Assembly (NCBI GenBank): GCA_963717995.1 | Contig: CAVQXX010000015.1 | Location: 91,871-155,870 of the forward strand | DNA: 64,000 nt | From: an uncultured Bacteroidales bacterium | GTDB taxonomy: Bacteria > Bacteroidota > Bacteroidia > Bacteroidales > UBA10428 | Direction of reading: 5' to 3' | In this document: piece by piece, positions 20,248 to 30,157 of the stretch | Numbering within the stretch: the stretch's first letter is position 1 | Layout of the letters: each line of letters begins with the position of its first letter | Program-made: the position numbers and the translations under genes | The notes under the pieces: generated by a model | What the model was told of the DNA's origin: nothing | What the model saw: the letters and a program-made list of their open reading frames with translations, nothing else | Databases searched by the model: none

Positions 20248-20401
20248 CCACAGAGGCGTCAGAGTTATTCGCTGAGGTCGCAGAGTTTTAAATATTAGCC
20301 ACTAAGACACAAAGACACGAAGATAAGAGCTTTAGCGTCTTTGTGTCTTTGTGGGAAATATACTTTGAGTTCTTTGTGATTAGCCTTTGAGTCCTTTGTG
20401 G
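20248..20401. repeat. CAGAG / CACAAAG / CTTTGAG word mosaic with an 18-bp hairpin; a diverged reverse-oriented relative of the 161-bp repeat
   Basis: ccactaagacacaaagac (20299-20316) pairs with gtctttgtgtctttgtgg (20337-20354), 17 of 18 bp. The reverse complement of 20356-20401 contains aaggactcaaagg and ccacaaagac, both shared with 47231-47391 and 58316-58476. Confidence 0.75.
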
Positions 20402-20435
20402 TTAATTTTTTACTACCGCCGAAGGCGGTTGATTC

Positions 20436-23400
20436 CTAAGGATTCTCCGCAGGAGCCTGCGCTGCTTCGGTCACCTCACGGAATCTTCTCAAAAATGAAT
20501 TTTTCTTAACATCAGTGGATACCATATAGATATAAGATTCGCCGGTGGCAACCTTCATCCGTCTGTCAGCAGTACTTAATTTCTTTATCTTTTCAAGGAA
20601 TGTATTATTCGATGAATGAATTTGCATGACGCCCCTGGTATATCCGAAATAATACCAGGTGCGGCGGTCAAACTGGAGGTAGATGTCCATAATGTCACCA
20701 CTTCGCTTTATCTGAAGTTCAATCAATCCATCCACCCGTTTATTAACGGGTACATTGTTTATACTGGCAATGCCGATCTTTCCCACTGATATCCAGGAAT
20801 TGGTCTCATTGTTCCATTTTAATTTCAGTTCGTTAAAAACAAGGGTGTGCTTCATTTCGGGCGGCAATGTCCTGGTTGAACCAAACAGGCTTAAATCCGA
20901 TTTCAGGGCATTATACTTTTCCTTTCCCATAAGTTCTACCATGTTCTTTGTGTTCGTAGCCCGGCTAAGATCCACTGCCGGCAGACGAGGCATACTGTCG
21001 GCTTCAGTGGACATAACTGCCATCACATCATCCTCTACAAAAAAGTCCATGCCCATTAATACATCCAGCACAGTTTCATTTGTTACTGTATTAAGAGTTA
21101 CATTGCCGGCAGTAGTGAGTTTAATCTGACCCAGTTTTTCTCCAAAGCTTAATCTCCCTTCTCCGTATAACTCACAACTTTCCCGGTTCAGACTCACCAG
21201 GTTACCGGGAACATTTTTGTCTGCCAGCTTATCCTTCTGAGCGATCACATATTCCTGCCTGTCTTTGTCATAATGCAAAAATCCACCGGCAGTGATAACC
21301 GGACCATCACTGTAATTCTTGCGGCCCGACAGGAATGCCGGGTAAACATGCACAGAATCATAATATATGAATAAGCCGTTAAAGATCTTATCCCTGTTGA
21401 TATCAATCAGCGGATCAGCAATGGGTATTAAAATATCAAGGGGATCTATTTCTGATCTGAAATATACCCATCGGGGCGGTAACCGGTCACAATTATGCTC
21501 TATCAGTGCACCTCCGTCGAATGTGAGCAGCTTTTGTAATGCCTTCATATGAAATTTTCCCTGATACCTGAAATTCGGACTGAGGGTGAAATTGTCGGTT
21601 TCGGCAATCTCACCTGATCCAATGCTTTGCCTGCTTGTATCTACACCCAACGTGCTGAAAAACAGTGTTTGGTGCTGCTCAGTTTCATCAATGTATTCAT
21701 AATACCCTGAACCTGTATATTTGTTTTTTGCGGTTATTGTGAGCACAGCATCATGGAGGGAAAAGTTATTGTTTTCCCTGTTTGCCACAAGTCCGGCCTT
21801 GTATAACGTTCTCAGCCTGGCATCAGGCATAACGGTCAGCCGTTGATTTTCGGGGTAAATACGTGCATCCGCAATGTCAATATATTGAACAAGTGTAGCC
21901 TTGATCAGATTACTGTCATAATCGTAATAAGCAACCGGGGAAATAAAACTCAGTGAATCCTGAGCCGGATCAATGCTGATATACCGGGGACCGGTAAAGC
22001 CTTCCTGAGTTGTATCTATCGCGGGAGGTACATTTTTTACTGAGCCCATCGACATTTCCTTTCGGACCATGTCCCATTCGAAATGATCCAGGAAACTGAC
22101 ATACTTGTTTTCAGGAAAGGAAACCAGTGTGTAATCTTCATTTGAATTAAAGATTCCCATATGCTCACTGAAACTAATATCGGCCTTGATGTTTTCAGTA
22201 AGCACAGTAAATCCTTCCGAATGCAGTGACTTAAGATAGAAATCGGAACTATCTGCATGAATATCATTTGACCTATATGTATAATGATCAGAGCGCATTT
22301 CTGCACCTTCAAACAACATTCTTCCTTTTCCCGACAATCCTGTTGGCTGTAATTTCAGATCTCCTGCTAAAACACCCTTGTTATCGAACATTTTGAATGT
22401 AGAGTCTGTCCTGTACGCATATAGCTCATCAATGTATGGCATCCAGTGAATTGAATCATGCACGGATTCAACCTTGGGATATTCAGTTATGGAAGTTTTT
22501 TCTGCAATCGTGAAGTCACGCGCCATGGCATTCATTGAATCGGGATAGAATCTAAGCATATCCGATGCAACCGATGATGTAAGGTAGTCCATTGTTCCAT
22601 TTCCTGTAAGTCCGGAACGACTCAGGATGATATCATTTTTAAAGGTTCCTTTTCCTCCATATACTGAAATTCCGGAATCAGGTGCCATATGGTGGAAACC
22701 TAGTGAATTGTCAGGCTGCAACCGCAAAGTTTCCTGAATTACAGGGAATATACCGGCTGATGTAAGTTCCCCGTTAAACTGCATCGATATCCGGTTAAAA
22801 TTATCCAGACTGTCCATTTCAAAGGGATAGATCTGGTAGAAAAATTTATCACGGTTATAAACACCCGACTGGATGGTTTTATCGTCATAGTAAACATGCC
22901 CGTTTGCTTTCGATTGAAAAATTGGATATTCCGCATAATTATTACGACCAGATTTGTTATCCGGCTTATCAACATACAAATCACCTTTCAGGTCCTCAAT
23001 GAGGTTTTTGGCTTTTTCCGACACCGGAAATCCATAGCTGTTTTTTGCCCCGGTCAGGTAGCGGATTTGCAAAGAATCAATCTTCGTCATGTTGATTTTG
23101 AAGGTATCATAGGAAAAGAAGAAGTTCTGGCCTGAAAATGTAAACAACCCGGCCTGAACGTGACCATCAAACTGAAAATCCCGGTTTTTTTTCATAATTA
23201 TCCGGGCATTGTTCGGGTAAATGGCTACGTTTTGCGAATCACTCAGAAATATGCGTGATACTCCGTTAATGGTGAGATTGTAATTCCGGAGATCAAATAT
23301 CGCATTGTCAACCGGCATGTGTGTCGTGGAAGGAATGCTGATCACATCATAATCTATTTTTGAAACACTTGCCGCAAGGTAATCATGGAGGCGGGGACGG

Positions 23401-24941
23401 ATCGTGGCCATGCTTGTTTCACTTTCGTAATAAATAAATCCCTGGGCCGCCATTCGCATCAGCAACTGCTTTACCTGTGCAATAGGCTTATTAAGGTATG
23501 CGGCAAAGTCATCAGCCAGAAATTGTTCCATTCCCATATACCTGGCAAAACTCCGGATTGAGATCAGCGGATGCACTTCATCCATGAGCTGCAGGCTCAG
23601 ATATTTATTGTTATTGAAAAAATTAACCGATTCAAAATTGGCATTCGCTATTGTACTGCCCATGAGGGCTGTGAAACGCATTACCGGTTCGTTCATTTTC
23701 CATACCAGTTGCTCAAACGACATGTCGATGTTGTGATACGAATTATAATAAGGGCTTTGCGAGCTGTAATTATCTGTCCGGTACAAGGTGAGTTCCCTGT
23801 TGGGAACAAGATAGGTTAAGGCAAGGCCGGGATGGAAAATGGAGTCATTCTTTAACTTGATCACAATTTCCGCATTGGGGGAATTGATTCGGCCCGTTTT
23901 AAAAGCAAAAAATGAAGACCGGGCAATAATTACAAGGGTGTCCTTGCGGAAAATATAAACCTTTGCCTGCGTTTCCCGTGTACCAGTGCCCACCATTTTG
24001 GCGCCCTGCATCGACAGACCGCCTTCATAATTAATGTCCTTGTAGAGATTTTTAATCTTAAAGTCTTTCTGATAAGAGTTGAATTGCGGATAATCTGCAT
24101 CTTCAGGCCTCTTGTTCAGTTGAACTTTATCAATAAGGTTTCCCTTCAGGGGATTGCTGAAATATATAGTATTAGTGAATACAACCTGTGTTGCAGAATA
24201 TTCTGAACGGGTCATATTGATTTCATAGGTATTCAGCCTGGCATTGACATCGTTTCTTTTAAATCCGGCCCTCTCCCAGGTAACCAATCCGTTTTTGCCC
24301 TTCCAGACCGAAGTGATGGGATTAAATTCTCCCGAAGTTTCAAAAACAGCTATACTGTCGCGTTTAGCATAACAAACCAGATCGGTCGCGGGAACTATAA
24401 CATGAATGGCACTGTCAACCACAAACCGGTAATTTGAAGAATTCAGCTTCCAGTCAACTGATCCGGATCTGTATAATGAGCTGCTGTCAAGAAGCTGGGT
24501 GGTGAAAACAAAATACCTGTCGGTATTCATCAGGGAAACTTTTCGCTTTTCGAGGAGCAGGTTGAGCCCTTTTTCCCAATTCTGATAGTTCTCGGGTGAA
24601 ATATTTTTCCTTTTTAAAGATACCAGGCTGGCAAGATAATGGGTAAAATGCGGATAGGGATGGCCATTTCTTTTCACCAAAATAATGGAAGAAGCAATAA
24701 TATGTTCCTGCTCTTTTTTCGAAAACAGGCTGTCCTTCGACCAGGCCTGGAGGAAATCAGTGAGTGCCCTGTTGCTTGATTCGGTGGCATTCTTTTGCAT
24801 GAAAACACCAAGCTCATTGGCATAATTTTGTGGCTCCCCGGAAAAAGTCTTTGATTCCTGGGCTGTCAAAAAATTAAATGACACCACAAAAAGCAATGGC
24901 AAAAAAATAAGCTTTAGCCTGTGTTTCATAAACACCCTCAT
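20436..24941 (-). CDS. Very large (about 1500 aa) secreted hypothetical protein
   Basis: Uninterrupted 4.5 kb ORF with signal peptide (MKHRLKLIFLPLLFVVSFNFLTAQ, so the true start may be the ATG at 24929). N/Y/S/F-rich, beta-rich appearance. I recognise no domain. Confidence 0.7.
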   Translation of the reverse strand: MRVFMKHRLKLIFLPLLFVVSFNFLTAQESKTFSGEPQNYANELGVFMQKNATESSNRALTDFLQAWSKDSLFSKKEQEHIIASSIILVKRNGHPYPHFTHYLASLVSLKRKNISPENYQNWEKGLNLLLEKRKVSLMNTDRYFVFTTQLLDSSSLYRSGSVDWKLNSSNYRFVVDSAIHVIVPATDLVCYAKRDSIAVFETSGEFNPITSVWKGKNGLVTWERAGFKRNDVNARLNTYEINMTRSEYSATQVVFTNTIYFSNPLKGNLIDKVQLNKRPEDADYPQFNSYQKDFKIKNLYKDINYEGGLSMQGAKMVGTGTRETQAKVYIFRKDTLVIIARSSFFAFKTGRINSPNAEIVIKLKNDSIFHPGLALTYLVPNRELTLYRTDNYSSQSPYYNSYHNIDMSFEQLVWKMNEPVMRFTALMGSTIANANFESVNFFNNNKYLSLQLMDEVHPLISIRSFARYMGMEQFLADDFAAYLNKPIAQVKQLLMRMAAQGFIYYESETSMATIRPRLHDYLAASVSKIDYDVISIPSTTHMPVDNAIFDLRNYNLTINGVSRIFLSDSQNVAIYPNNARIIMKKNRDFQFDGHVQAGLFTFSGQNFFFSYDTFKINMTKIDSLQIRYLTGAKNSYGFPVSEKAKNLIEDLKGDLYVDKPDNKSGRNNYAEYPIFQSKANGHVYYDDKTIQSGVYNRDKFFYQIYPFEMDSLDNFNRISMQFNGELTSAGIFPVIQETLRLQPDNSLGFHHMAPDSGISVYGGKGTFKNDIILSRSGLTGNGTMDYLTSSVASDMLRFYPDSMNAMARDFTIAEKTSITEYPKVESVHDSIHWMPYIDELYAYRTDSTFKMFDNKGVLAGDLKLQPTGLSGKGRMLFEGAEMRSDHYTYRSNDIHADSSDFYLKSLHSEGFTVLTENIKADISFSEHMGIFNSNEDYTLVSFPENKYVSFLDHFEWDMVRKEMSMGSVKNVPPAIDTTQEGFTGPRYISIDPAQDSLSFISPVAYYDYDSNLIKATLVQYIDIADARIYPENQRLTVMPDARLRTLYKAGLVANRENNNFSLHDAVLTITAKNKYTGSGYYEYIDETEQHQTLFFSTLGVDTSRQSIGSGEIAETDNFTLSPNFRYQGKFHMKALQKLLTFDGGALIEHNCDRLPPRWVYFRSEIDPLDILIPIADPLIDINRDKIFNGLFIYYDSVHVYPAFLSGRKNYSDGPVITAGGFLHYDKDRQEYVIAQKDKLADKNVPGNLVSLNRESCELYGEGRLSFGEKLGQIKLTTAGNVTLNTVTNETVLDVLMGMDFFVEDDVMAVMSTEADSMPRLPAVDLSRATNTKNMVELMGKEKYNALKSDLSLFGSTRTLPPEMKHTLVFNELKLKWNNETNSWISVGKIGIASINNVPVNKRVDGLIELQIKRSGDIMDIYLQFDRRTWYYFGYTRGVMQIHSSNNTFLEKIKKLSTADRRMKVATGESYIYMVSTDVKKNSFLRRFREVTEAAQAPAENP

Positions 24942-25023
24942 ATTGCTATAAAAGTATCATTTTTTTTTTAACCTTAACAGCGCCCATGTATTGAGGGAGG
25001 CGTGTACTGGTTTAGTAATAGCC

Positions 25024-25064
25024 AAAAAATAACGGTAATGGATTCACAAAATTATCCATTACCG
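25024..25064 (-). terminator. Rho-independent terminator after tpiA
   Basis: 10-bp stem cggtaatgga / tccattaccg (25033-25042 and 25055-25064), followed on the minus strand by ttatttttt. Confidence 0.65.
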
Positions 25065-25112
25065 CTATATTTATCAGGTCAGCTGAAAATAACAGTTACG
25101 AAAACCAGCTTT

Positions 25113-25862
25113 TTAAAATGCGCTCACAATACCCATAAAGTCAGATGCACTCAGGGATGCACCGCCAATTAGACCGCCATCCACATCGGGATTGGCAAAA
25201 AGTTCTGCTGCATTGGAAGGTTTGCAGCTTCCGCCATATAAAATGGAAGTATTGTCGGCAACCTGGTTTCCGTATTTTTCAGAAATCAGTTCACGTATTA
25301 TTTTATGCATTTCCTGAGCCTGTGCAGAAGATGCCGTAACGCCCGTGCCGATCGCCCATACTGGTTCATATGCGATCACAACTTTTCCAAAATCCTCCGG
25401 CGAAAGATCGAACAATCCTTTTTCAATCTGGGTGCGTACAACATTCATGTGAATTCCCGACTGCCTTTCCTGCAGTACCTCTCCACAACAGAATATTGGA
25501 ACAAGGTCATTTGCCAGGGCCAGTTTTGTTTTCTTATTGAGCATGGCATCATCCTCATGGTAATAACTTCTTCTTTCAGAATGGCCAATGATTACATATT
25601 CAGCGCCGGTGGATTTGATCATCTCAGCGGATACCTCACCTGTATAGGCTCCTGAAGCTTCTGAGGCACAATTCTGCGCACCCAGGAAAAGAGAATCCTT
25701 GGTTATGGTATTTCTGACTTCAGTAAGATGAATGAAAGGAGTACACAGGATGACAATTACTCCGTTATCCTCTATCTGCCTGTTCACAGTCTTTGCCAAT
25801 TCAATACCTCCCTGGAGGTCTTTATTCATTTTCCAGTTTCCGGCGACTATTTTTCTTCTCAT
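25113..25862 (-). CDS. tpiA: Triose-phosphate isomerase
   Basis: [14 protein letters not shown].., [24 protein letters not shown]. The start at 25862 replaces the 59-codon upstream extension in the ORF track. Confidence 0.92.
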   Translation of the reverse strand: MRRKIVAGNWKMNKDLQGGIELAKTVNRQIEDNGVIVILCTPFIHLTEVRNTITKDSLFLGAQNCASEASGAYTGEVSAEMIKSTGAEYVIIGHSERRSYYHEDDAMLNKKTKLALANDLVPIFCCGEVLQERQSGIHMNVVRTQIEKGLFDLSPEDFGKVVIAYEPVWAIGTGVTASSAQAQEMHKIIRELISEKYGNQVADNTSILYGGSCKPSNAAELFANPDVDGGLIGGASLSASDFMGIVSAF

Positions 25863-25904
25863 TTTTTGATTAATTTTTAATAGTGTAACAAGAATATGCG
25901 GCTC

Positions 25905-25912
25905 CAAAAATA
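25905..25912 (-). promoter_or_regulatory. Candidate -7 box upstream of tpiA
   Basis: Plus-strand caaaaata (minus-strand tattttg-type), 43 nt upstream of the start at 25862. Confidence 0.4.
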
Positions 25913-25937
25913 GTAAAATGATTTGTATCCTGATAAT

Positions 25938-25970
25938 TAAAATGAAAGGGATGCCAGTGACGGCATCCCT
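25938..25970 (-). terminator. Rho-independent terminator after the FAS1 gene
   Basis: Minus strand: agggatgccgtcactggcatccct (9-bp stem) followed by ttcatttt. Confidence 0.65.
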
Positions 25971-25992
25971 CGCATTTTTAAAAATGGGCGTG

Positions 25993-27948
25993 TTATTTAA
26001 CCAGAAGTTTTCCTGAGAATCGATCCTTCGGTGAATCAAGGATCAGAAAATATGCGCCTTTCTGCAGTGAACTGATATCTATCGGTTCGGAAATATTTTT
26101 AAGATAGGTATCACGAATCACCACGCCGCTCATATTGATCAATCTTAGCCTTCCTTCTTTCAGATCATTTAATCCCGAAAGATTTACATAATCTGACGCA
26201 GGATTAGGATGAATACTAAGATTTTTACTGCCGGTTCTGTCAAATATGCCGGTTGGTGTTGAAGGTATGAGAACAGCGTTGATCACATGAACAACCCCGT
26301 TATCAGCCTGGAGGTCGGCAACAGTCACCTGTGCATCATTGATAAACACTCCTTCTTCATTGATGGTCACTTTCACATCCTTACCGAGAAGGGTAGGGAT
26401 CATTTGTCCGTCTGACAGATCTCCGGAGGTTACCGCACCGCTGGCAACATGATATAGCAATATATCGGCCAGGGCACCGGTAGGATCAGCGAGCAGTGCT
26501 TCAATAGTGCCCTCGGGCAACGCTTTGAATGCATCATCAGTGGGTGCAAAAACGGTGAAAGGACCGGCACCGGAGAGATCATCAGCAAGACCGGCTGCAA
26601 TTACAGCGGCTTCAAGGGTATCGTGAGCAGGACTGTTGACAATGATGTCAACCACTGTGGTTGAGGGAGGCAGAAGAACAGCGTTTATAACATGCACAAC
26701 CCCGTTATCAGCAAGAAGGTCGGCAACAGTCACTTGTGCATCATTGATAAACACTCCTTCTTCATTGATGGTGACTTTCACATCCTTACCGAGAAGGGTG
26801 GGGATCATTTGTCCGTCTGACAGATCTCCGGACGTTACCGCACCACTGGCAACATGATATAGCAATATATCGGCCAGGGCACCGGTAGGATCAGCGAGCA
26901 GTGCTTCAATAGTGCCCTCGGGCAACGCTTTGAATGCATCATCAGTGGGTGCAAAAACGGTGAAAGGACCGGCACCGGAGAGATCATCAGCAAGACCGGC
27001 TGCAATTACAGCGGCTTCAAGGGTATCGTGAGCAGGACTGTTGACAATGATGTCAACCACTGTGGTTGAGGGAGGCAGAAGAACAGCGTTTATAACATGC
27101 ACAACCCCGTTATCGGCATGAAGGTCGGCAACAGTCACCTGTGCATCATTGATAAACACACCTTCTTCATTGATGGTCACTTTCACATCCTTACCGAGAA
27201 GGGTAGGGATCATTTGTCCATCAGACAGGTCGCCTGACAATACCTTACCACTGGCAACATGATATAGCAATATATCGGCCAGGGCACCGGTAGGATCAGC
27301 GAGCAATGCTTCAATAGTGCCCTCGGGCAAAGATTTGAATGCATCATCAGTGGGTGCAAAAACGGTGAAAGGACCGTCACCGGAGAGATCATCAGCAAGA
27401 CCGGCTGCAATTACAGCGGCTTCAAGGGTATCGTGAGCAGGACTGTTGACAATGATGTCAACCACTGTGGTTGAGGGAGGCAGAAGAACAGCGTTTATAA
27501 CATGCACAACCCCGTTATCGGCATGAAGGTCGGCAACCGTCACCTGTGCATCATTGATAAACACACCTTCTTCATTGATGGTCACTTTCACATCCTTACC
27601 GAGAAGGGTAGGGATCATTTGTCCGTCTGACAGATCTCCGGATGTTACCGCACCACTGGCAACATGATATAGCAGTATATCGGCCAGGGCACCGGTAGGA
27701 TCAGCGAGCAATGCTTCAATAGTGCCCTCGGGCAAAGATTTGAATGCATCATCAGTGGGTGCAAAAACGGTGAAAGGACCGTCACCGGAGAGATCATCGG
27801 CAAGACCGGCTGCAATTACAGCGGCTTCAAGGGTGTCGTGAGCAGGACTGTTGACAATGATGTCAACCACTGTTTGTGCCTTCAGATTGTTAAACGATAA
27901 CAAAATGGCAAGAAACAGCATCTGGATAAAAAGTACGCTTTTTTTCAT
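25993..27948 (-). CDS. T9SS-secreted protein with four tandem fasciclin (FAS1) domains
   Basis: Signal peptide, then 4 x 135 aa FAS1 units (..[26 protein letters not shown]..), then a C-terminal Por/T9SS sorting domain (..[27 protein letters not shown]). Confidence 0.88.
   Translation of the reverse strand: MKKSVLFIQMLFLAILLSFNNLKAQTVVDIIVNSPAHDTLEAAVIAAGLADDLSGDGPFTVFAPTDDAFKSLPEGTIEALLADPTGALADILLYHVASGAVTSGDLSDGQMIPTLLGKDVKVTINEEGVFINDAQVTVADLHADNGVVHVINAVLLPPSTTVVDIIVNSPAHDTLEAAVIAAGLADDLSGDGPFTVFAPTDDAFKSLPEGTIEALLADPTGALADILLYHVASGKVLSGDLSDGQMIPTLLGKDVKVTINEEGVFINDAQVTVADLHADNGVVHVINAVLLPPSTTVVDIIVNSPAHDTLEAAVIAAGLADDLSGAGPFTVFAPTDDAFKALPEGTIEALLADPTGALADILLYHVASGAVTSGDLSDGQMIPTLLGKDVKVTINEEGVFINDAQVTVADLLADNGVVHVINAVLLPPSTTVVDIIVNSPAHDTLEAAVIAAGLADDLSGAGPFTVFAPTDDAFKALPEGTIEALLADPTGALADILLYHVASGAVTSGDLSDGQMIPTLLGKDVKVTINEEGVFINDAQVTVADLQADNGVVHVINAVLIPSTPTGIFDRTGSKNLSIHPNPASDYVNLSGLNDLKEGRLRLINMSGVVIRDTYLKNISEPIDISSLQKGAYFLILDSPKDRFSGKLLVK
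26254..27873. repeat. Four tandem, near-identical 405-bp coding repeats (one FAS1 domain each)
   Basis: The marker string gactgttgac recurs at 26631, 27036, 27441 and 27846, an exact 405-bp period. The translated units differ at only a handful of positions (GDG/GAG, FKS/FKA, GAVTSG/GKVLSG, H/L/Q-ADNG). Confidence 0.95.
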
Positions 27949-28282
27949 GACTTAACTGTTTTAATTATTTTCAGAAGAAACAGTAATGGCAGTATAAATG
28001 TTTAATAGTTACATTAAAACATTAGACAAAATATAATACTATATTTGTGATATTAACAATAAAAAAACAATAAATAATGCTTATATAAAAGAATATATAG
28101 AATCAATATAAATAATTTATAAATAGAAATAAAGAATTATTGTTTAGTTAAATGCGAGAATATTTAAACTTTAATATTTATATCTTCTTTTAAATGGTTT
28201 TTCCTACTTTTAATATTTCACTTCTAAAAAAAAACGAGGTATTATGGAACCATTTAGCAGGCGGGTTCATATCCCAGGTAAA

Positions 28283-28396
28283 ATGAAAACTTTAGGATCA
28301 TTTGGTTTGCTTCTGCTGTTTTTCTGCATCTTAACCACCTGCACAAAAAATACGCCTGTAAGTAACCTTCTTCCTTCAAAACAGGTTAGAAGTTGA
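28283..28396 (+). CDS. Possible small lipoprotein ORF (37 aa; 50 aa if started at the in-frame ATG at 28244)
   Basis: Below the ORF-track size cutoff. Translation MKTLGSFGLLLLFFCILTTCTKNTPVSNLLPSKQVRS has a signal-peptide-like h-region and a lipobox-like LTTC. It is the only plausible coding signal in a 550-bp gap. Confidence 0.25.
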   Translation: MKTLGSFGLLLLFFCILTTCTKNTPVSNLLPSKQVRS

Positions 28397-28502
28397 CCTG
28401 ATGAAAAGCCAGGATCAGGGAGAACAAAAGGTAGCCCTTTCAGGTTCTATTACCAGATAGGGCGAACCCTTCATGAATTAAACACTAAGAAATAATAGAC
28501 AA

Positions 28503-29357
28503 ATGGAAAAGCAAAACAGAAGAACATTTTTGAAATCCACCGGCATTGGCCTTGCAGCCGGAGCAGTTACGCCCCGTTTATTCGCCGGCGAAACATCAAC
28601 ATTAAAGGCATTTCATCAGCTTGGAAATGCGGTTTTTGAGATGGGACTTGCATCTTACACTACCCGTGCATTTACGCTTGATGAGACCATAATCATGGCT
28701 CAACGGGTTAACTTCAAACACATCAGTCTGAAAAGTTTTCATTTGCCTTTGGATGCTTCCGAAAATGATTGTAAGGCAGCTGCTGATAAGATCAAGGCAG
28801 CCGGGATTGATTTCTATGCCGCCGGGGTGATCTATATGAATAAAAAGGAAGAAGTGGACCAGGCATTCAACTATGCCAGGGCATGTGGCATTCGCATGAT
28901 TATAGGAGTTCCTGCTGTCGGGCTCTTGTCTTATACTGAGTCCATGATCAAACAATATAATATAATGCTGGCGATTCACAACCATGGACCCGGTGATCTT
29001 GTTTATCCTGATGTACCCGGCATTTATGAAAAAATCGCAAAACTTGATAATCGCATGGGTATTTGCATGGATATTGGTCATACTGTAAGATTGGATCGTG
29101 ATCCGGTGTCTGATCTGAACCAGTGCTTTGATCGTATTCTTGAGATACACATTAAAGATGTTGACAAAAGAGCTGCCGATGGAGCTACTCTGGAAATTGG
29201 CCGTGGAGTGATCGATATTCCTGGCTTTCTGAAAGAGTTAAAGCGGTTGAATTACAAGGGCATTCTTTCTTTTGAATACGAAAAGGATGAAAAAGACCCC
29301 CTTCCGGGCCTGGCTGAAAGTGTCGGATTTGTGAAAGGTGTGATGGCCTCTGTTTAA
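28503..29357 (+). CDS. Tat-signal sugar phosphate isomerase/epimerase (xylose isomerase-like TIM barrel)
   Basis: Twin-arginine motif NRRTFLKSTGIGLAAGA; AP-endonuclease-2/xylose-isomerase-like TIM barrel pattern (..LAIHNH.., ..GICMDIGH.., ..SFEYE..). Confidence 0.7.
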   Translation: MEKQNRRTFLKSTGIGLAAGAVTPRLFAGETSTLKAFHQLGNAVFEMGLASYTTRAFTLDETIIMAQRVNFKHISLKSFHLPLDASENDCKAAADKIKAAGIDFYAAGVIYMNKKEEVDQAFNYARACGIRMIIGVPAVGLLSYTESMIKQYNIMLAIHNHGPGDLVYPDVPGIYEKIAKLDNRMGICMDIGHTVRLDRDPVSDLNQCFDRILEIHIKDVDKRAADGATLEIGRGVIDIPGFLKELKRLNYKGILSFEYEKDEKDPLPGLAESVGFVKGVMASV

Positions 29358-29394
29358 TGTTATTCAGGATAAGATTGATGAATCATACCTCAGT

Positions 29395-30021
29395 ATGGAT
29401 ATAAAACAGATTTTTGAGAATAACCAGAAATGGATTGCCGAAAAGCTCAAGGTGAATGAGGACTATTTCAGGAATCTAGCCCAGGGACAAAATCCCGAGA
29501 TTCTTTATATTGGATGTTCTGACAGCCGGGTATCGGCTGAAGAGTTAATGGGACTGCACCCGGGGGAAGTTTTTGTACATAGGAATATTGCCAACATGGT
29601 TCCTAATACCGATTTAAGTGCTATGTCCGTCATTAATTATGCACTTAGCCATCTGCGGGTAAATCATGTTATTGTTTGCGGACATTATTACTGCGCCGGG
29701 GTGAAAGCTGCCATGCAGTCTGCTGATCTTGGCATATTAAACCCGTGGCTCAGGAATATCCGTGATGTTTACCGGATACATAAAAATGAACTCAATCAGA
29801 TTGACGAGATTGATGCAAGGTATAAAAGGCTTGTGGAATTGAATGTGCAGGAACAATGTATTAATATCATCAAAACATCAGATCTCCAGTTCGCCTATAA
29901 AGAAAGAAGAGTGACTGTACATGGATGGGTATTTGATATTCAAAGCGGCAAATTGATCGATCTTCAAATTGATTTTGATAAAATAATTGAAAACATCAGA
30001 GAAATATATCGGATCATTTAG
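29395..30021 (+). CDS. Beta-class carbonic anhydrase
   Basis: Zinc-ligand motifs CSDSRV and HVIVCGHYYCAGV; FVHRNIAN. Confidence 0.88.
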   Translation: MDIKQIFENNQKWIAEKLKVNEDYFRNLAQGQNPEILYIGCSDSRVSAEELMGLHPGEVFVHRNIANMVPNTDLSAMSVINYALSHLRVNHVIVCGHYYCAGVKAAMQSADLGILNPWLRNIRDVYRIHKNELNQIDEIDARYKRLVELNVQEQCINIIKTSDLQFAYKERRVTVHGWVFDIQSGKLIDLQIDFDKIIENIREIYRII

Positions 30022-30157
30022 ATGGAATATCATAATGGATTTGCCATTTCGGGCAAACAAGAAGACCAATCCCGTTGAAATGCAGAGAAATGGCTGGCAG
30101 GCTATTTTAGACAATTTTAAAAAATATACCGAGTCGAACGCCGGTTAGTATAAAATT

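Noticed and set aside
25863-26039. N-terminal 59-codon extension of tpiA in the ORF track, overlapping the FAS1 gene end
   Set aside because: The conserved TpiA N-terminus ([14 protein letters not shown]) begins at the ATG at 25862. The extension crosses the FAS1 terminator hairpin and a -7-like box.
27960-28250. AT-rich block as a replication origin
   Set aside because: There are no DnaA-box (TTATCCACA-like) clusters in it and no dnaA or dnaN nearby. The only exact TTATCCACA I noticed (16552-16560) is a lone occurrence inside the DUF1015 coding sequence.
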